Source of the DNA: Aureliella sp.
GTDB taxonomy: Bacteria; Planctomycetota; Planctomycetia; Pirellulales; Pirellulaceae
Direction: 5' to 3'
DNA: 64,000 nt
NCBI GenBank assembly: GCA_963691875.1
Contig: OY829846.1
Coordinates: 2,272,001-2,336,000 of the forward strand
The notes below the pieces were generated by a model that was not told the DNA's origin, ran no database searches, and worked only from the letters and a program-made list of their open reading frames with translations. Every line of letters begins with the position of its first letter. The first letter of the stretch is position 1. The position numbers and the translations under genes were made by a program. This document shows positions 39,719 through 51,200 of the stretch, piece after piece.

Positions 39719-41278
39719 CTACGTGTCTTTCAAAACAACATCCTCCGGTTCGATATTCGTCAGCAATTCTTTTGTCAGCGGAGACACTCCGACGATTCTG
39801 GTTGAAAGCCGCTGGATCGAATCTTCAAACATATTGCGAGCGACACGACCATTCCCAAACGACTCGTCTTTTTGCTTTAGCAGCCTATCGAAGCTTTTGA
39901 GCAGTTTGATGCGTGTTGGCTTAGGTAGCCGGTAGTGGTACTTGCGACAGAAGGTGTAGAAGATCCTGAGCAGCTCTTTAGGCGAGTAGTCGGGGAAGCT
40001 ATAGGTCCTCTGAAATCGAGAGGATAGGCCCGGATTGCTTTTCAGCATCTCTGCCATCGGCCGTGGGTAGCCAGCGATCACTACGACAAAACGATCGCGA
40101 TCATCCTCCATACGCTTGAGTAGCGTTTGGACGGCTTCGACACCGTAGGCATCTTCACCTTGTTCGCTAACCAAGCTGTACGCTTCGTCGATGAATAAGA
40201 CGCCTCCCATAGCTTCGTCAACACGTTCGCTGGTGCGTGGACCGGTTTGCCCCGCGTACTGCGCGACCATCCCGGAACGATCTGTTTCAACGGTGTGCCC
40301 CGCCTCCAAAATGCCTAGTCCGCAGAGTAGACGGGAAATGATACGAGCCACCGTTGTCTTGCCGGTGCCGGGATTGCCTTCAAAAACTGCATGAAAGCTG
40401 ATCGCCGCGTTTGGCAAGCCGTGTTCTTTCCTTGCTTTCTGGACTTGCAGAAAGTCCATCAACTGCTTCACATCTTCTTTCAGCGAGTCGAGCCCGATCA
40501 ACGAGTCTAACTCCTGCCGAGCTCCCTGAAACATCCGCTCTTTCCCCTCCTCCGCCGGAAGAGCAATAGACGCACGCGCCGAGTTAACATCATCAGCAGA
40601 GTCTTTCTTTTTTCCAGCGCAAATTGACTCGACGACAGCTGCATTCGCTCCACCTAGGATCTGAGCATTTTTTCTAATGCGAGCTTGACTGCCGCTTTGA
40701 TTGACTCGAGAAGTGGACTCCAAGGTTGCAGTGAGATCTTCGGTTAGTTTCTCAAGTCGTTGCATCTCCGCTGGCGAGACGCGTCCATCTGCTTTGGCAA
40801 TAACGTTGGCGAGACGCACAACCAGAGATCGCAGTTCGACTGATTCGTGTCTCAGAAAGCCATGTTGTAAGAAGGGTTTGCACAGCTCAGACCACTTCAA
40901 GACCTCTGCATGCTTCACAACATTTTGAAGTGCCTTGTACAACCCTTCTTCGTCGATCTGCACTCCCCACACGTGTCTCAGCACGATCATGGCTACTTCA
41001 CGTTCCGGCTGATTCCACTGGCGATCAGCATGGGCGATTTCTACCAGCGTCTTCACCACAACTCCGCGATGAAGATCAGCTAAGAGTTCCAAGTACTTTT
41101 GTGAGTCTTGGGTGGAATCAGAGCCATACTCCAGGATGCGGCGACCGGCCGAAGCATACAGCGATTGGCAGTCCTGCAGCAGCTGCATCAAACTGCGTTC
41201 GATACCGCGCGGGAGTACACTAGTTTCAACGGGCACCAGCTCTTGTTCGAAGAGATCATTTATCCAGTCAATCATCAT
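39719..41278 (-). CDS. CbxX/CfxQ/SpoVK-family AAA+ ATPase with N-terminal TerB-like domains
   Basis: GNPGTGKTT, GGVLFIDEAYSL, NPGLSSRF and FGNGRVARN motifs; N-terminal IAHADRQWNQPE and IAKADGRVSPAE TerB-type motifs. Confidence 0.92.
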   Translation of the reverse strand: MMIDWINDLFEQELVPVETSVLPRGIERSLMQLLQDCQSLYASAGRRILEYGSDSTQDSQKYLELLADLHRGVVVKTLVEIAHADRQWNQPEREVAMIVLRHVWGVQIDEEGLYKALQNVVKHAEVLKWSELCKPFLQHGFLRHESVELRSLVVRLANVIAKADGRVSPAEMQRLEKLTEDLTATLESTSRVNQSGSQARIRKNAQILGGANAAVVESICAGKKKDSADDVNSARASIALPAEEGKERMFQGARQELDSLIGLDSLKEDVKQLMDFLQVQKARKEHGLPNAAISFHAVFEGNPGTGKTTVARIISRLLCGLGILEAGHTVETDRSGMVAQYAGQTGPRTSERVDEAMGGVLFIDEAYSLVSEQGEDAYGVEAVQTLLKRMEDDRDRFVVVIAGYPRPMAEMLKSNPGLSSRFQRTYSFPDYSPKELLRIFYTFCRKYHYRLPKPTRIKLLKSFDRLLKQKDESFGNGRVARNMFEDSIQRLSTRIVGVSPLTKELLTNIEPEDVVLKDT

Positions 41279-42521
41279 CAAAACCACTCGGTCTAGAGTT
41301 GAAACCGATCAACAATAATGATCATAGTGGATTCGCACTTTTCCTAAAGACGTTGGCGACAAATCAATTGGCCTGGGAAATACCATGACCGTGATTAGGA
41401 ATTGCAGAGGGTAGCCATCGCTTGCGACCGCTATTTTGATATTCTTTTACGACTCGGCTGTGTCTCAGACTCACAAATCGTCTCCCAGACGCTCGGCGTG
41501 TGCTTCGCAAATTGGAGAATCTGTTTTTGTCGAGATTTTGTCCGCCTGCCCTCGGGACCGTACTGGGGTATTGCTGGACGCTAGCGCTCACTATTAATTT
41601 CAAGTCTCGGCATGCGACACCTGGAAGGATGCCTCGATTGTATATTCGGCTGGAGGCTGCCCCCCAAAAGACGCCCGTCCCATTCTTTGTCTCCTGGTTA
41701 AGGCCGCTGAAAAGAAGCGTCGTATCCCAGCTGCCAATTGGTCGGAACTTATCGGAGCGCTAAATGAAACGTGCTGTGCAATGTTTCGCATTGGTTGCCG
41801 GGGAATAGGATGGACCTGATCCCCGTTCACGCAGGGAGAACTCGTGGCCTTCGCGAACGACCTCAGAAACCAATATGGCAACAACTCAGGTTCGCCTCGT
41901 TTGACAGTAACACGCGTCGCGGCCTCTCAGCCGCTACCGACTCGTTAAGCCATTCAGTTTTCAGATACACCTGCGGAATTTAGTCTAGCAGCGAATCTGC
42001 GCCGAATACGAAAATCTTCAAACACTCTGAAAACTAGAATGCTACAGTGGGGATCGTGTGCTCGCTCACCGCAGTGCAAACTCTCGGGGTATATCAGGGT
42101 GACGTCACAATCCAGATTCGAACCCATTTAGGGGGAAGCCGTTGGAAAAGATTGCTCGAAAGTCAAAGCTTGATGCACGTTTGATTCGCCATCCCCTTCT
42201 TACTTTAGCAGTGGTTTGCGTCCTTCCCCCAAGCTCTTCTTTTAATATTTTCGCGCAGCAAAAACAAATAAAGAAGCAAGAAATCGATGTATTTGTCCCA
42301 AACGTCCAGATTCGGAGGGCCGAGGCAATCCAACCGGCGATGCTCATCGCTCCCAACGAACTCCGAGTTTTCATAACGTTACGTTCGAAATCAAGAGGAA
42401 GATCTAGGCTTTCGCTATCGATAACAGGAGGAGTTCAACGTAATCGACCCGATCCTATCGAAACGCTCAAAAGGAGATCGACAGCGAGATTGATAGGGTC
42501 ATTCAGAATTCTGAGAAAAGC

Positions 42522-43067
42522 TTGAAGTATCTGACCCAAAAGCAAATTGATAGCCTCCACGCTGCTGCCATGTGCGATGCAAAGTACTTCCTGCGAGAAG
42601 TAACAGCAACTTTGAAGAGCCCCGATTTCACTAACGGACACCAGCAGAATGAGTTATGGCAGATCATTTTTAAGGCAAGTCAAGAACTTAACGTCCTAGA
42701 CAAGAAATACGAAACGCTGTTCACCGGAAGCACAGGTTTGTATCAGAGGGTGTTGACGAAACTGAGAACACAACTGAGGCCTCAAATGAAGGCCGATGCG
42801 ACGGCTTCAGGTGCAGTCGGTCTATTCCTTCTCGACGTCGAACTAGAATCTGGCATAGAGGCGGAGACAATTCTAAAGCTGCGCAAATGGCTTGAATCAA
42901 AATCTAGACACAAGACCTACGGCACTGTAAGCAAGGTAGCGGATCTGGTTCTAACGACCTTTGATGACCCATCTTCTAACCGGATCAATGCTTCTGAGGA
43001 CACACGTTTGCGGGCCTATTGCAAACGCCTAATGGACAGATTGCGTTTGGACGACCAAGAAAAGTAA
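42522..43067 (+). CDS. Hypothetical helical protein
   Basis: 181-aa ORF, TTG start, protein-like composition, in a visibly more AT-rich stretch. Confidence 0.55.
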   Translation: MKYLTQKQIDSLHAAAMCDAKYFLREVTATLKSPDFTNGHQQNELWQIIFKASQELNVLDKKYETLFTGSTGLYQRVLTKLRTQLRPQMKADATASGAVGLFLLDVELESGIEAETILKLRKWLESKSRHKTYGTVSKVADLVLTTFDDPSSNRINASEDTRLRAYCKRLMDRLRLDDQEK

Positions 43068-43164
43068 GCTGCTCGGGAGCGTGTTTCCGTTCGGATTGAA
43101 ATGGGAACCCCTTCAGTAAATAATGGAGAGTTCCTGACTCTCCCACCGCAGCCACTGCATTACC

Positions 43165-45156
43165 ATGCTGAATTCATTTTTTCTCACTTCAGATGCCGCT
43201 TTCGGGCCGCAGCACAGAACTAGGCTTGCATCGAAAACCAGAGAGATTTTGTTCTGTGCAGTGGCTTTCCTTAGTATGCAGTGGTCTGCTCCAGGCAGAT
43301 CGCTCTCTGCAGACGATCTTCCAAGCGATGTGAAGACGGTATTCGCTGAAAACTGCGTTCGCTGCCACAAGGCGGAGAAGAAATCAGGTGGATTGGTACT
43401 AGAAGCTCCTGAGTCGATTGTGGCTGGCGGTAAGAGTGGCGCTGCCATCATTCCGGGAGCGCCTGGAGATAGTTTGCTTTGGAAGCTGGTCCAGCCAGAG
43501 GGGAAGCCGCATATGCCCCCAGGCAAGAAACAGCTCGACAACTCTCAGTTGGCTACTTTAAAGAGCTGGATTGAACATTGGGAGCCACCGAAACCGGAAG
43601 CAAAGCCGACAACATCGCTACAAGAGAGTGCTCGAATTACTAGCTGGCTTCCTCCTCCCGGAGTGGACCCAACTCTTGTGATCGATCTCTACATCGCCCA
43701 TGGCTGCCGCGAACGTGGCGTTGAACAAGGACCACTCTGTAGCGACGCGGAGTTCATCCGGCGACTGTATCTAGATGTTTTTGGACGCATCCCGTCGCTG
43801 AGAGAGCGCCAAGCTTTCCTGAACGAGACTAATTCCAACAAACGCGACCTGTGGATCGAGCGTCTTTCGGAATCACCAGAATGTGCAGAGCACTTGGCTG
43901 CACTTTGGGACACCATGCTCCTAGGGCGCAGCGAAGGCAAGCTAGAAGAACGAACTGCAAAGGGTTGGCACGACTATCTGAAAACGGCTTTCCAGCAGAA
44001 TCGCCCCTGGAATAAAGTCGCAGAGGAAGTTTTGCTCGCCCGCGGCGATTCGAAACAGCGCGGCCACATTTGGTTTTTGTACGAGCAAAGCAACAAGCAT
44101 CAGGAGATTGCTGAATCCATCTCACGTGGGTTCTTTGGCGTCGACATAGCCTGTGCCCAGTGCCATGATCACCCCGTTTCACCCGAGATCAAGCAGGCTC
44201 ATTACTGGGGACTGGTTGGGTTTTACCGCCGCGGACGCAATGAAGGCGTTCCAAATGGAATTGCGGTGGCAGAATCTGCCATTGGAGGATTTGAGGACTA
44301 CGCCAACGCTCTCACTGGTGAAACAGAGACGCTTGAGCTGACTTTTCTGAAGGCCAAAACGGTGGAGGAACAGCGTCCAGAAGATCCAGCAAAGCAGAAA
44401 GACGACGATGATTTCTACGTGGAGGTAGACAAGGAAGCGCGACGGCCGAAGTTCTCTCGTCGCGAAAAGTTTGTTACTGAGATTCTGCGTGATCACCCGC
44501 TGCTAGCTCGAGCCATGGTCAATCGCTGGTGGGGCTTAATGCTGGGACGTGGCTTAGTGCATCCCGTCGACAAGATGGATTCTGGACATCCGCCGAGCCA
44601 CCCAGAGTTGCTTGACTGGCTGGCGGAAGACTACCGTCAAAGTGGCTACGACAACCGCCGTTTACTGCAAGCATTACTGCGGTCTCACGCCTATCAATCG
44701 GTTGCTTCCGGAGCAGGCCCACCGGACTCCTTTGCCAATGGCTTGGTCAAACCGCTCAGCGCCGAGGCACTGCTGCGAAGCTGGTCCCAGATCCTCAACC
44801 CAAAACTGAATCAAGATCTAGGCTCTACAATCCGACAACATTTCCCAGAGATTTTGGCTGAGGAGGAACAGACGACATTGAAGCAGACATTGATGCTGAG
44901 CAACCATTCTCGATGGAACGAGTTCTTTCGATTTGAATCTGATTCTGTTGGCGAATCGCTTAGGAATTTGGAGCGAGAAAATCCAGAACAAGCTTGCACT
45001 CAGATCTTCTTGGTCGCTTTCGGCCGAGAACCAACCGAAGCAGAGATGAAAAAAGTCGTATCGATCCTGAAGTCGAAAGAGACCGAGTGGCAGCGATCGG
45101 TGCAGCAAATCCTCTGGGCTCTGCTGACTTCGGCCGAGTTTCGATTCAATCATTAA
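43165..45156 (+). CDS. Planctomycete cytochrome c + DUF1549 + DUF1553 protein
   Basis: CVRCH heme motif, FIRRLYLDVFGRIP, CAQCHDHP and HPPSHPELLDWLA motifs; C-terminal SAEFRFNH. Confidence 0.93.
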   Translation: MLNSFFLTSDAAFGPQHRTRLASKTREILFCAVAFLSMQWSAPGRSLSADDLPSDVKTVFAENCVRCHKAEKKSGGLVLEAPESIVAGGKSGAAIIPGAPGDSLLWKLVQPEGKPHMPPGKKQLDNSQLATLKSWIEHWEPPKPEAKPTTSLQESARITSWLPPPGVDPTLVIDLYIAHGCRERGVEQGPLCSDAEFIRRLYLDVFGRIPSLRERQAFLNETNSNKRDLWIERLSESPECAEHLAALWDTMLLGRSEGKLEERTAKGWHDYLKTAFQQNRPWNKVAEEVLLARGDSKQRGHIWFLYEQSNKHQEIAESISRGFFGVDIACAQCHDHPVSPEIKQAHYWGLVGFYRRGRNEGVPNGIAVAESAIGGFEDYANALTGETETLELTFLKAKTVEEQRPEDPAKQKDDDDFYVEVDKEARRPKFSRREKFVTEILRDHPLLARAMVNRWWGLMLGRGLVHPVDKMDSGHPPSHPELLDWLAEDYRQSGYDNRRLLQALLRSHAYQSVASGAGPPDSFANGLVKPLSAEALLRSWSQILNPKLNQDLGSTIRQHFPEILAEEEQTTLKQTLMLSNHSRWNEFFRFESDSVGESLRNLERENPEQACTQIFLVAFGREPTEAEMKKVVSILKSKETEWQRSVQQILWALLTSAEFRFNH

Positions 45157-45175
45157 TGGGCAGAAGCTAACTTCA

Positions 45176-46519
45176 ATGACAGCGTCATCGCAAGACGACA
45201 CGCAACGCAACATGACATGCGGCAGTCCAGAACACTCAGTGCATCGGCGCCTTTTTCTCGAAGGTACCGTCGGCGTAGGCGCCGCGTCCGCAGCGAGTTT
45301 TAGTGGCTTGTTTTCGGTACCGGCGTTCGCACAGCAAATGAACGACAAGGCAAAACGCTGCATCCTGCTATGGCTCTGCGGTGCTCCCAGCCAGTTTGAA
45401 ACTTGGGATCCGAAACCGGGGAAACGGACCAGTGGACCGTTCGGTAGCATCCCAAGTTGCCTACCCGGTGTTCACGTAAGTGAATTGATGCCAAAGTGCT
45501 CCACCATCTTGGATAAGATGTCGATCATCCGTTCGATGAGTACCAAACCTAGCGAACACTTCCAAGGGATCGACACGCTGACTCGCGGAGACGCTCCTCG
45601 TCCACCCTTTCAACGGCCTATTCTAGGATCAGTACTTGCTCAACAGCTCGGGCAACTTGACTCACCGGTGCCGCAGTTTGTCTTGCTCGATCCCTGCCCT
45701 GAAGGAAACGAGTTCAAGAGCTTCAAGGCAGGGAACTGGGCTGGATGGCTAGGCGCTGAGTACGGCCCGGTGAGAGCAGGCGGGGAATACTCGATCCCGA
45801 ACATCGATTTACCTGAGTCGTTGAGCGAGGCTGATCACAGCGATCGTGAAGCGTTGCGTAGTTTCCTGAGCAAGAAATTTGCGAATGACCGCAAAAGTGC
45901 GGCAGCTGAATCTTATAACGCTGCATTTGAACGCGTCAAAGGACTGATGAGTTGCGCTCCACTTTTTGACATGGAGAAACTGCCAGAAGAGGATCGCCAA
46001 CGCTACGGGCCAGGAGCTTTCGGCCTGCACACGTTGCAGGCACGGCACTTGGTTGAGAATGGCTGTCCGAGCGTGATGGTCGCCAATGGAATGCCATGGG
46101 ATTGCCACGTCCTAAACCACGAAATACACCAGATGTTGGTGCCGGAATTAGACAATGTCATTTTCCAGTTGATCGGTGATCTGGAAGACCGTGGGCTACT
46201 TGATAGCACGTTGGTGATCATGATGGGCGAATTTGGCAGAACACCTTTCCTGAATCCCGCACGAGGACGAGACCATTACCCTACTGCCTGGTCGATGGCT
46301 TTAGCAGGGTGCGGCATCAAACCTGGAGTCGTATATGGATCGACCGATAACGAGGGAATCGAAGTGAGCGACGAAAAGGTTGACCAAAAACGCTTATTTG
46401 CGACGATTTTTTCTGCGCTTGGAATCGATCCACATGCTGAATACGAGCTTCCTGACAACTTCCCGACTTTTCATCATGTCGAAGATGACGCAGAGCCCAT
46501 TCGAGAGGTGCTGCTATGA
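45176..46519 (+). CDS. DUF1501 domain protein
   Basis: HRRLFL Tat-like leader; GAPSQFETWDPKP, GEFGRTP and GRDHYP motifs. Confidence 0.93.
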   Translation: MTASSQDDTQRNMTCGSPEHSVHRRLFLEGTVGVGAASAASFSGLFSVPAFAQQMNDKAKRCILLWLCGAPSQFETWDPKPGKRTSGPFGSIPSCLPGVHVSELMPKCSTILDKMSIIRSMSTKPSEHFQGIDTLTRGDAPRPPFQRPILGSVLAQQLGQLDSPVPQFVLLDPCPEGNEFKSFKAGNWAGWLGAEYGPVRAGGEYSIPNIDLPESLSEADHSDREALRSFLSKKFANDRKSAAAESYNAAFERVKGLMSCAPLFDMEKLPEEDRQRYGPGAFGLHTLQARHLVENGCPSVMVANGMPWDCHVLNHEIHQMLVPELDNVIFQLIGDLEDRGLLDSTLVIMMGEFGRTPFLNPARGRDHYPTAWSMALAGCGIKPGVVYGSTDNEGIEVSDEKVDQKRLFATIFSALGIDPHAEYELPDNFPTFHHVEDDAEPIREVLL

Positions 46520-47610
46520 GAACTAGTGTTTCAGAGTCTCATTACACGCTGAAGACAGAGCAGCTCAAGCGTCATTCGCTACCCATGGCTTGCCTGGGCG
46601 TCGCGTTTCACTCGAATGGCAAGTTTGCTTTCTTGGCTTGCATGGATGGTGTCTATCAGGTCGAAATAGAATCCGGAGCACGTCAGCGGCTTTATGAGCA
46701 CGATAGCTACGCCTCGGGAGTGGTTTGCTTTGCAGAGTTCAATCAGATTGTTTCCGCTGGATACGACGGCAAGCTGATCTGGTATGACTTGGGAACGCGT
46801 AAGATCGTCCGCCAAATCCAGGCACATACCTTTTGGAGCTGGGATCTTGCGCGTGCGGCGAATGCTTCTGTGCTGGTTTCTTCCTCAGGCCAGTATCTAG
46901 CCGGCGGCTATCGCTATGAGCCCAAGCCTTCAGAGGTGCCTTCGGTTGTCGCTTACAACGCAGAATCGGGAGAAGCGATTTGTAGGATGGACTTCTTACC
47001 ACCGGTTCAAGCCGTCGCAGCGAGCGCCGACGGTGAATCGTTCGGGGCCGGCAACTTGATGGGCGATGTCGCGGTTTGGAATCGGACAGGCGAGCTACAA
47101 AGCTCCGCCTCATCGAATGACTTCACAGCATTCGGCCACATCAAGAGCCACTGCCAAGTCGGCGGAATCTACGCTGCAGCTTTTGAGCCCAAGAGCAACG
47201 ATCTGTTCGTTGCCGGAATGGGGCCAATGCGAGACCCGATGGCGGGTAATGGCAAGCAACGCTGGCATCGCTACGCTTGGGGCGAAGAGAATGCCAAGCT
47301 CGCCGGCAAATCCAATGACAAGCAAGTCGGCGAAGGCTTGATGGAGACCTTGGCATTTCATCCAAGCGGAGATTACTTCGTAATGGCAGGACGTCTGCGT
47401 GGCGGCAATTGGGACGTCGGATTCTTCGATACTGCAACGGGAGACTTGTTTCATTCCTTAAAGGTCAAGCGGCGTGTTACTCAGGTAGAATTCTCGCGAG
47501 ACGGCACGCAGCTAATCTTGTCAGCTGCCGGAAAGCAAGAACGCGATCCCAAGAAGGAGTTTGGGCTCATCGAGGTTTACAGCGTGAGTCGTGAAGCAAA
47601 ATCGGCCTAA
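46516..47610 (+). CDS. WD40-repeat protein
   Basis: SAGYDGKLIWYD and AFHPSG repeats; ATGA overlap with the DUF1501 gene. Confidence 0.88.
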   Translation: MRTSVSESHYTLKTEQLKRHSLPMACLGVAFHSNGKFAFLACMDGVYQVEIESGARQRLYEHDSYASGVVCFAEFNQIVSAGYDGKLIWYDLGTRKIVRQIQAHTFWSWDLARAANASVLVSSSGQYLAGGYRYEPKPSEVPSVVAYNAESGEAICRMDFLPPVQAVAASADGESFGAGNLMGDVAVWNRTGELQSSASSNDFTAFGHIKSHCQVGGIYAAAFEPKSNDLFVAGMGPMRDPMAGNGKQRWHRYAWGEENAKLAGKSNDKQVGEGLMETLAFHPSGDYFVMAGRLRGGNWDVGFFDTATGDLFHSLKVKRRVTQVEFSRDGTQLILSAAGKQERDPKKEFGLIEVYSVSREAKSA

Positions 47611-47759
47611 CCAACTTTGCTTCAATGACGCCTATTTTGCGACTCAGCCAAGAACCGAGCAAAAAAGATCGCTGCAGGACGAAACCAGTCCGCGAACATC
47701 GATGGACTATCCCACGCCGACAAAACGATCTTGCCAATGCCAACGTGGCACTCAGCGAT

Positions 47760-48099
47760 TGGATGGTACGTGACGAGCAAATTCGTTGACGTCCTGCAGA
47801 AAAATAGCGTGTAGAACCATGGGCTGAATCTACTGGAGTGTCCAGTCGGCAACTTTCCCGGCACTTTTATTCAGTCGGTAGCGGGTAGGTTGCCGCGCGT
47901 ATTCATGATGCTCCTTCGCATTCAGCAAGCTTGCGAGTTTGTCATTCAGTGGGACATGTAAATCGATGAAATCGCATTGGACACTGGTTTTTATGATCAA
48001 AGTGCATTTGCCTTTCAATTTCGGAGGACCATCGGCATGGCGCCGATTGAATACCGAACACGTTACCGGGACGCTGCAATGGCTCAAGCCAGCGGTTAA
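47760..48099 (+). pseudogene. Degraded AraC-family transcriptional regulator
   Basis: AESTGVSSRQLSRHF, a frameshift in a T run near 47865, then LRIQQACEF..*IDEIALDTGFYDQSAFAFQFRRTIGMAPIEYR with an in-frame TAA at 47959; absent from the ORF track. 5' boundary approximate. Confidence 0.8.
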
Positions 48100-48223
48100 A
48101 CTAGGGGTCCCAAACTTACCCAAACCAATCGGTTCGCCCCACGACGCTTGGTCCTCCAGCGGTTACCCTAGAACGCTGGAAGAATCAACTTTCCCCCACC
48201 CCAACTATTGAGATCACCGAATA

Positions 48224-51200
48224 ATGCGAACTTTGCCTCTGGAAGTCTCACCCACGCGGGATCCATTAAAGTCGAGCTTGGCTTGGATCTTGTCCACTTC
48301 GATCTTGGCATTTGGCCTCAACCTTGCATGGGCTCCGCCAGCTTTGGCAGATTCGCCGTTCGAATTCAAGCAGGATGATGTGGTCGCCATCTTTGGAAAC
48401 GGCTTGGCTGACCGCATGCAACATTCGCCTTGGGTCGAGACCATGCTGCAAGCGAACTTAAAAGGTAAAAAAGTTCGCTTTCGGAACATGAGTTTCTCCG
48501 GCGATATCGTCAATCAGCGTCCGCGAAATAAAGGCTTTACCAACGACGCAGAGTACCTGCAGCACGTTGCGCCGGACGTCGTATGGATTATGTACGGTTA
48601 CAACGAGTCTCACGGGGGCCCCGACGGTGCTTCAGCCTATCAAACCGAGTTGGTAAATCTGGTTGCAAAGTACCGAGAGCTCCGCAAACAGGATGGCGTT
48701 GATGCGCGATTCGTGCTCTTCAGCCCTATCGCTTACGAGAACACTGGAAGCCCGCATCTCCCGAAAGGAGACGACCTGAATCGTAATTTGCAGGCTTACG
48801 CAGAAGCAACGCGAAAGGCTGCCGATGAGTCAGGTGCCAAGTACGTCGATCTATTCACACCAACTCTCAGACTCTTCGAAGCCTCTGACGAGCAATTGAC
48901 ATTGAATGGCATTCACCTGAATGCCAAGGGTTATCACCATTTGGCAGAAGTTATCTCAGACGAACTTGTCGGCGAAACGGATAGCTCGACCAGCACGCAT
49001 CAGCTGATTTACGATGCGATCAAGGACAAGAACTGGCACTGGCACAATCGCTATCGTGCCACCGACGGCAATGATATCTGGGGCTCACGATCTGGGCTTA
49101 GTTTTGTTAACGGGCAGACAAATGCGGACGTTCTTGTTCACGAACTCAAAATGCTCGATCTCATGACGGCCAATCGGGACTCCGTGATTTGGGAGGCTGC
49201 CGAAGGCAAAACACTGGAAGTCGACGACAGCAATGTTCCTCAGCCTGTAGTCGTGAAGACCAACGTTGGTGGTGGAAGCAAGAGCTCCAACAAGGACAAA
49301 GAAGGAAGCACGAGCTATTTAAGTCCAGAAGAGAGCCTCGCAAAGATCGCGGTACCCGAGGGCTTTGAATTAAACATCTTCGCATCGGAAGAGATGTTCC
49401 CCGATTTGGCCAACCCGGTGCAGTTGCAGGTCGACACCAAGGGCCGACTTTGGGCAGCAAGCTGGAATTCCTATCCCAAGTGGCAGCCTGGCGACGAGCT
49501 CATCGACAGCTTGATGATCTTCGAAGACACCGACAACGATGGAGTCGCTGACAAGCGAAAGATTTTCGCCCATGTTCACAACCCGCTCGGGTTTGAATTC
49601 TGGGGGGGTGGCGTTCTTGTTACCTCGGGACCAGATCTTTTATTCCTGAAGGACACCGACGGTGATGATGTTGCCGATGTGAGATTTCCAATTCTGCAAG
49701 GCTTGGGGACATCCGACACGCACCACGCGGCAAACAACCTGATCTACGGTCCTGACGGTGGAATCTATTGGCAGAGTGGTATTTTCTTGGTGCACAATCA
49801 CGAAACACCTTGGAAACGCAACCTGAACGTCGGTGGCTCGGGCATGTACCGCTTTGATCCACGTACTTTCGCAATCACACCCATCGCCGCCAACAGCCCA
49901 AATCCGCACGGAACGAGCTTCGATCGCTGGGGTTACCTCTACGCAAACGATGGCACCGGTGGCAAGTCCTACCAAGTTCGCCCTAAGAACGACGGCTTTC
50001 AAATGCATTCCTTGCTCGCCAAGGAATTCCGCCCTGTGCCCGCTAACGAGATTTTGTCCTCGGCGCACTTCCCAGAAGACATGCAACAAGACTTCTTGAT
50101 CTTGAACGTGATTGGCTTCCTCGGAATCAAGCAATACGACCTGGATCGCGGTGATGGTGGTAAGCGTCCTTACGGCCAAGTCTGGGGCACGCCTCAGAAA
50201 GAATTGCTCAACGGGGCTGACCGGAACTTCCGTCCGAGTGATGCGATCGTTGGCGAAGATGGAGCGTTGTATGTCGCCGACTGGCACAACATGATCATCG
50301 GTCACATGCAGCACAATATTCGCGATCCCAGTCGTGACCACAAGCACGGTCGTATCCTGCGTTTGACCGTCAAAGATCGCCCATTGCAAAAGCCGGTTGC
50401 CATTCACGGCGAACCAATTGCAAAGCTACTTGAGAACTTGAAGCACCCGGTCGACGGCGTACGTCAGCGAACTCGAGTAGAACTAAGTTCTCGGGACTCC
50501 GATGAAGTCATCGCAGCGGCTCAAGCATGGGCAGCAGACTTCGATCCAAACGACGAGGAGGAAGCACACCACATCTTGGAAGCTCTATGGCTGCATCAAC
50601 AGCACAATGTAAAGAACCAAGAATTGCTCGCGAAGTTGCTTGACTCGGAAGTCGGTCATGCCGCTACGGCAGCTGGAATCGTACAACACTTCTGGACGAA
50701 GTTCGACGCTAGGTTGGCAAGTAGCTTTGCGGCAAATCCAGAGATGCACGTTGTCAACTATCGTCCGCCTCGCCACTTGGACAAGAAATTCCACGGTGTC
50801 TACAAGAAGGGAAGCGGGATCTTCCAGCGAGAATCACACTGTGCCACCTGTCACCAGACGAGCGGCCAGGGAAGTGGTTCCGTGTACCCGCCGCTTGTTG
50901 GAGGACCTTGGGTAAACGGCGATGAAGAACGCTTGATCAAGCTTGCTCTGCATGGCATGTGGGGCAAGATGAATGTCCGTGGCAAGACATACGATCCAAC
51001 ACGCGGTGTGCCTCCGATGACCGCCTTCCGTGACTTGCTGAAGGATGACGAGCTCGCTGCGGTGCTCACGTTTGTTCGTAACACTTGGGGTAATAAAGCG
51101 TCCGTGATTGACGCAGAAACAGTCGCACGAGTTCGAGCAGAGAGTGCAAGTCGCACAACCTTCTGGAAGCCGGCAGAGCTTGAAAAGCTTCACCCGCTCG

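Noticed and set aside
39719..41278. RuBisCO activase CbbX or type VII secretion EccA
   Set aside because: No cbb or ESX genes nearby, and the N-terminal domain is TerB-like rather than TPR.
49640..50407. 255-aa minus-strand ORF
   Set aside because: Antisense shadow of the 1173-aa heme protein.
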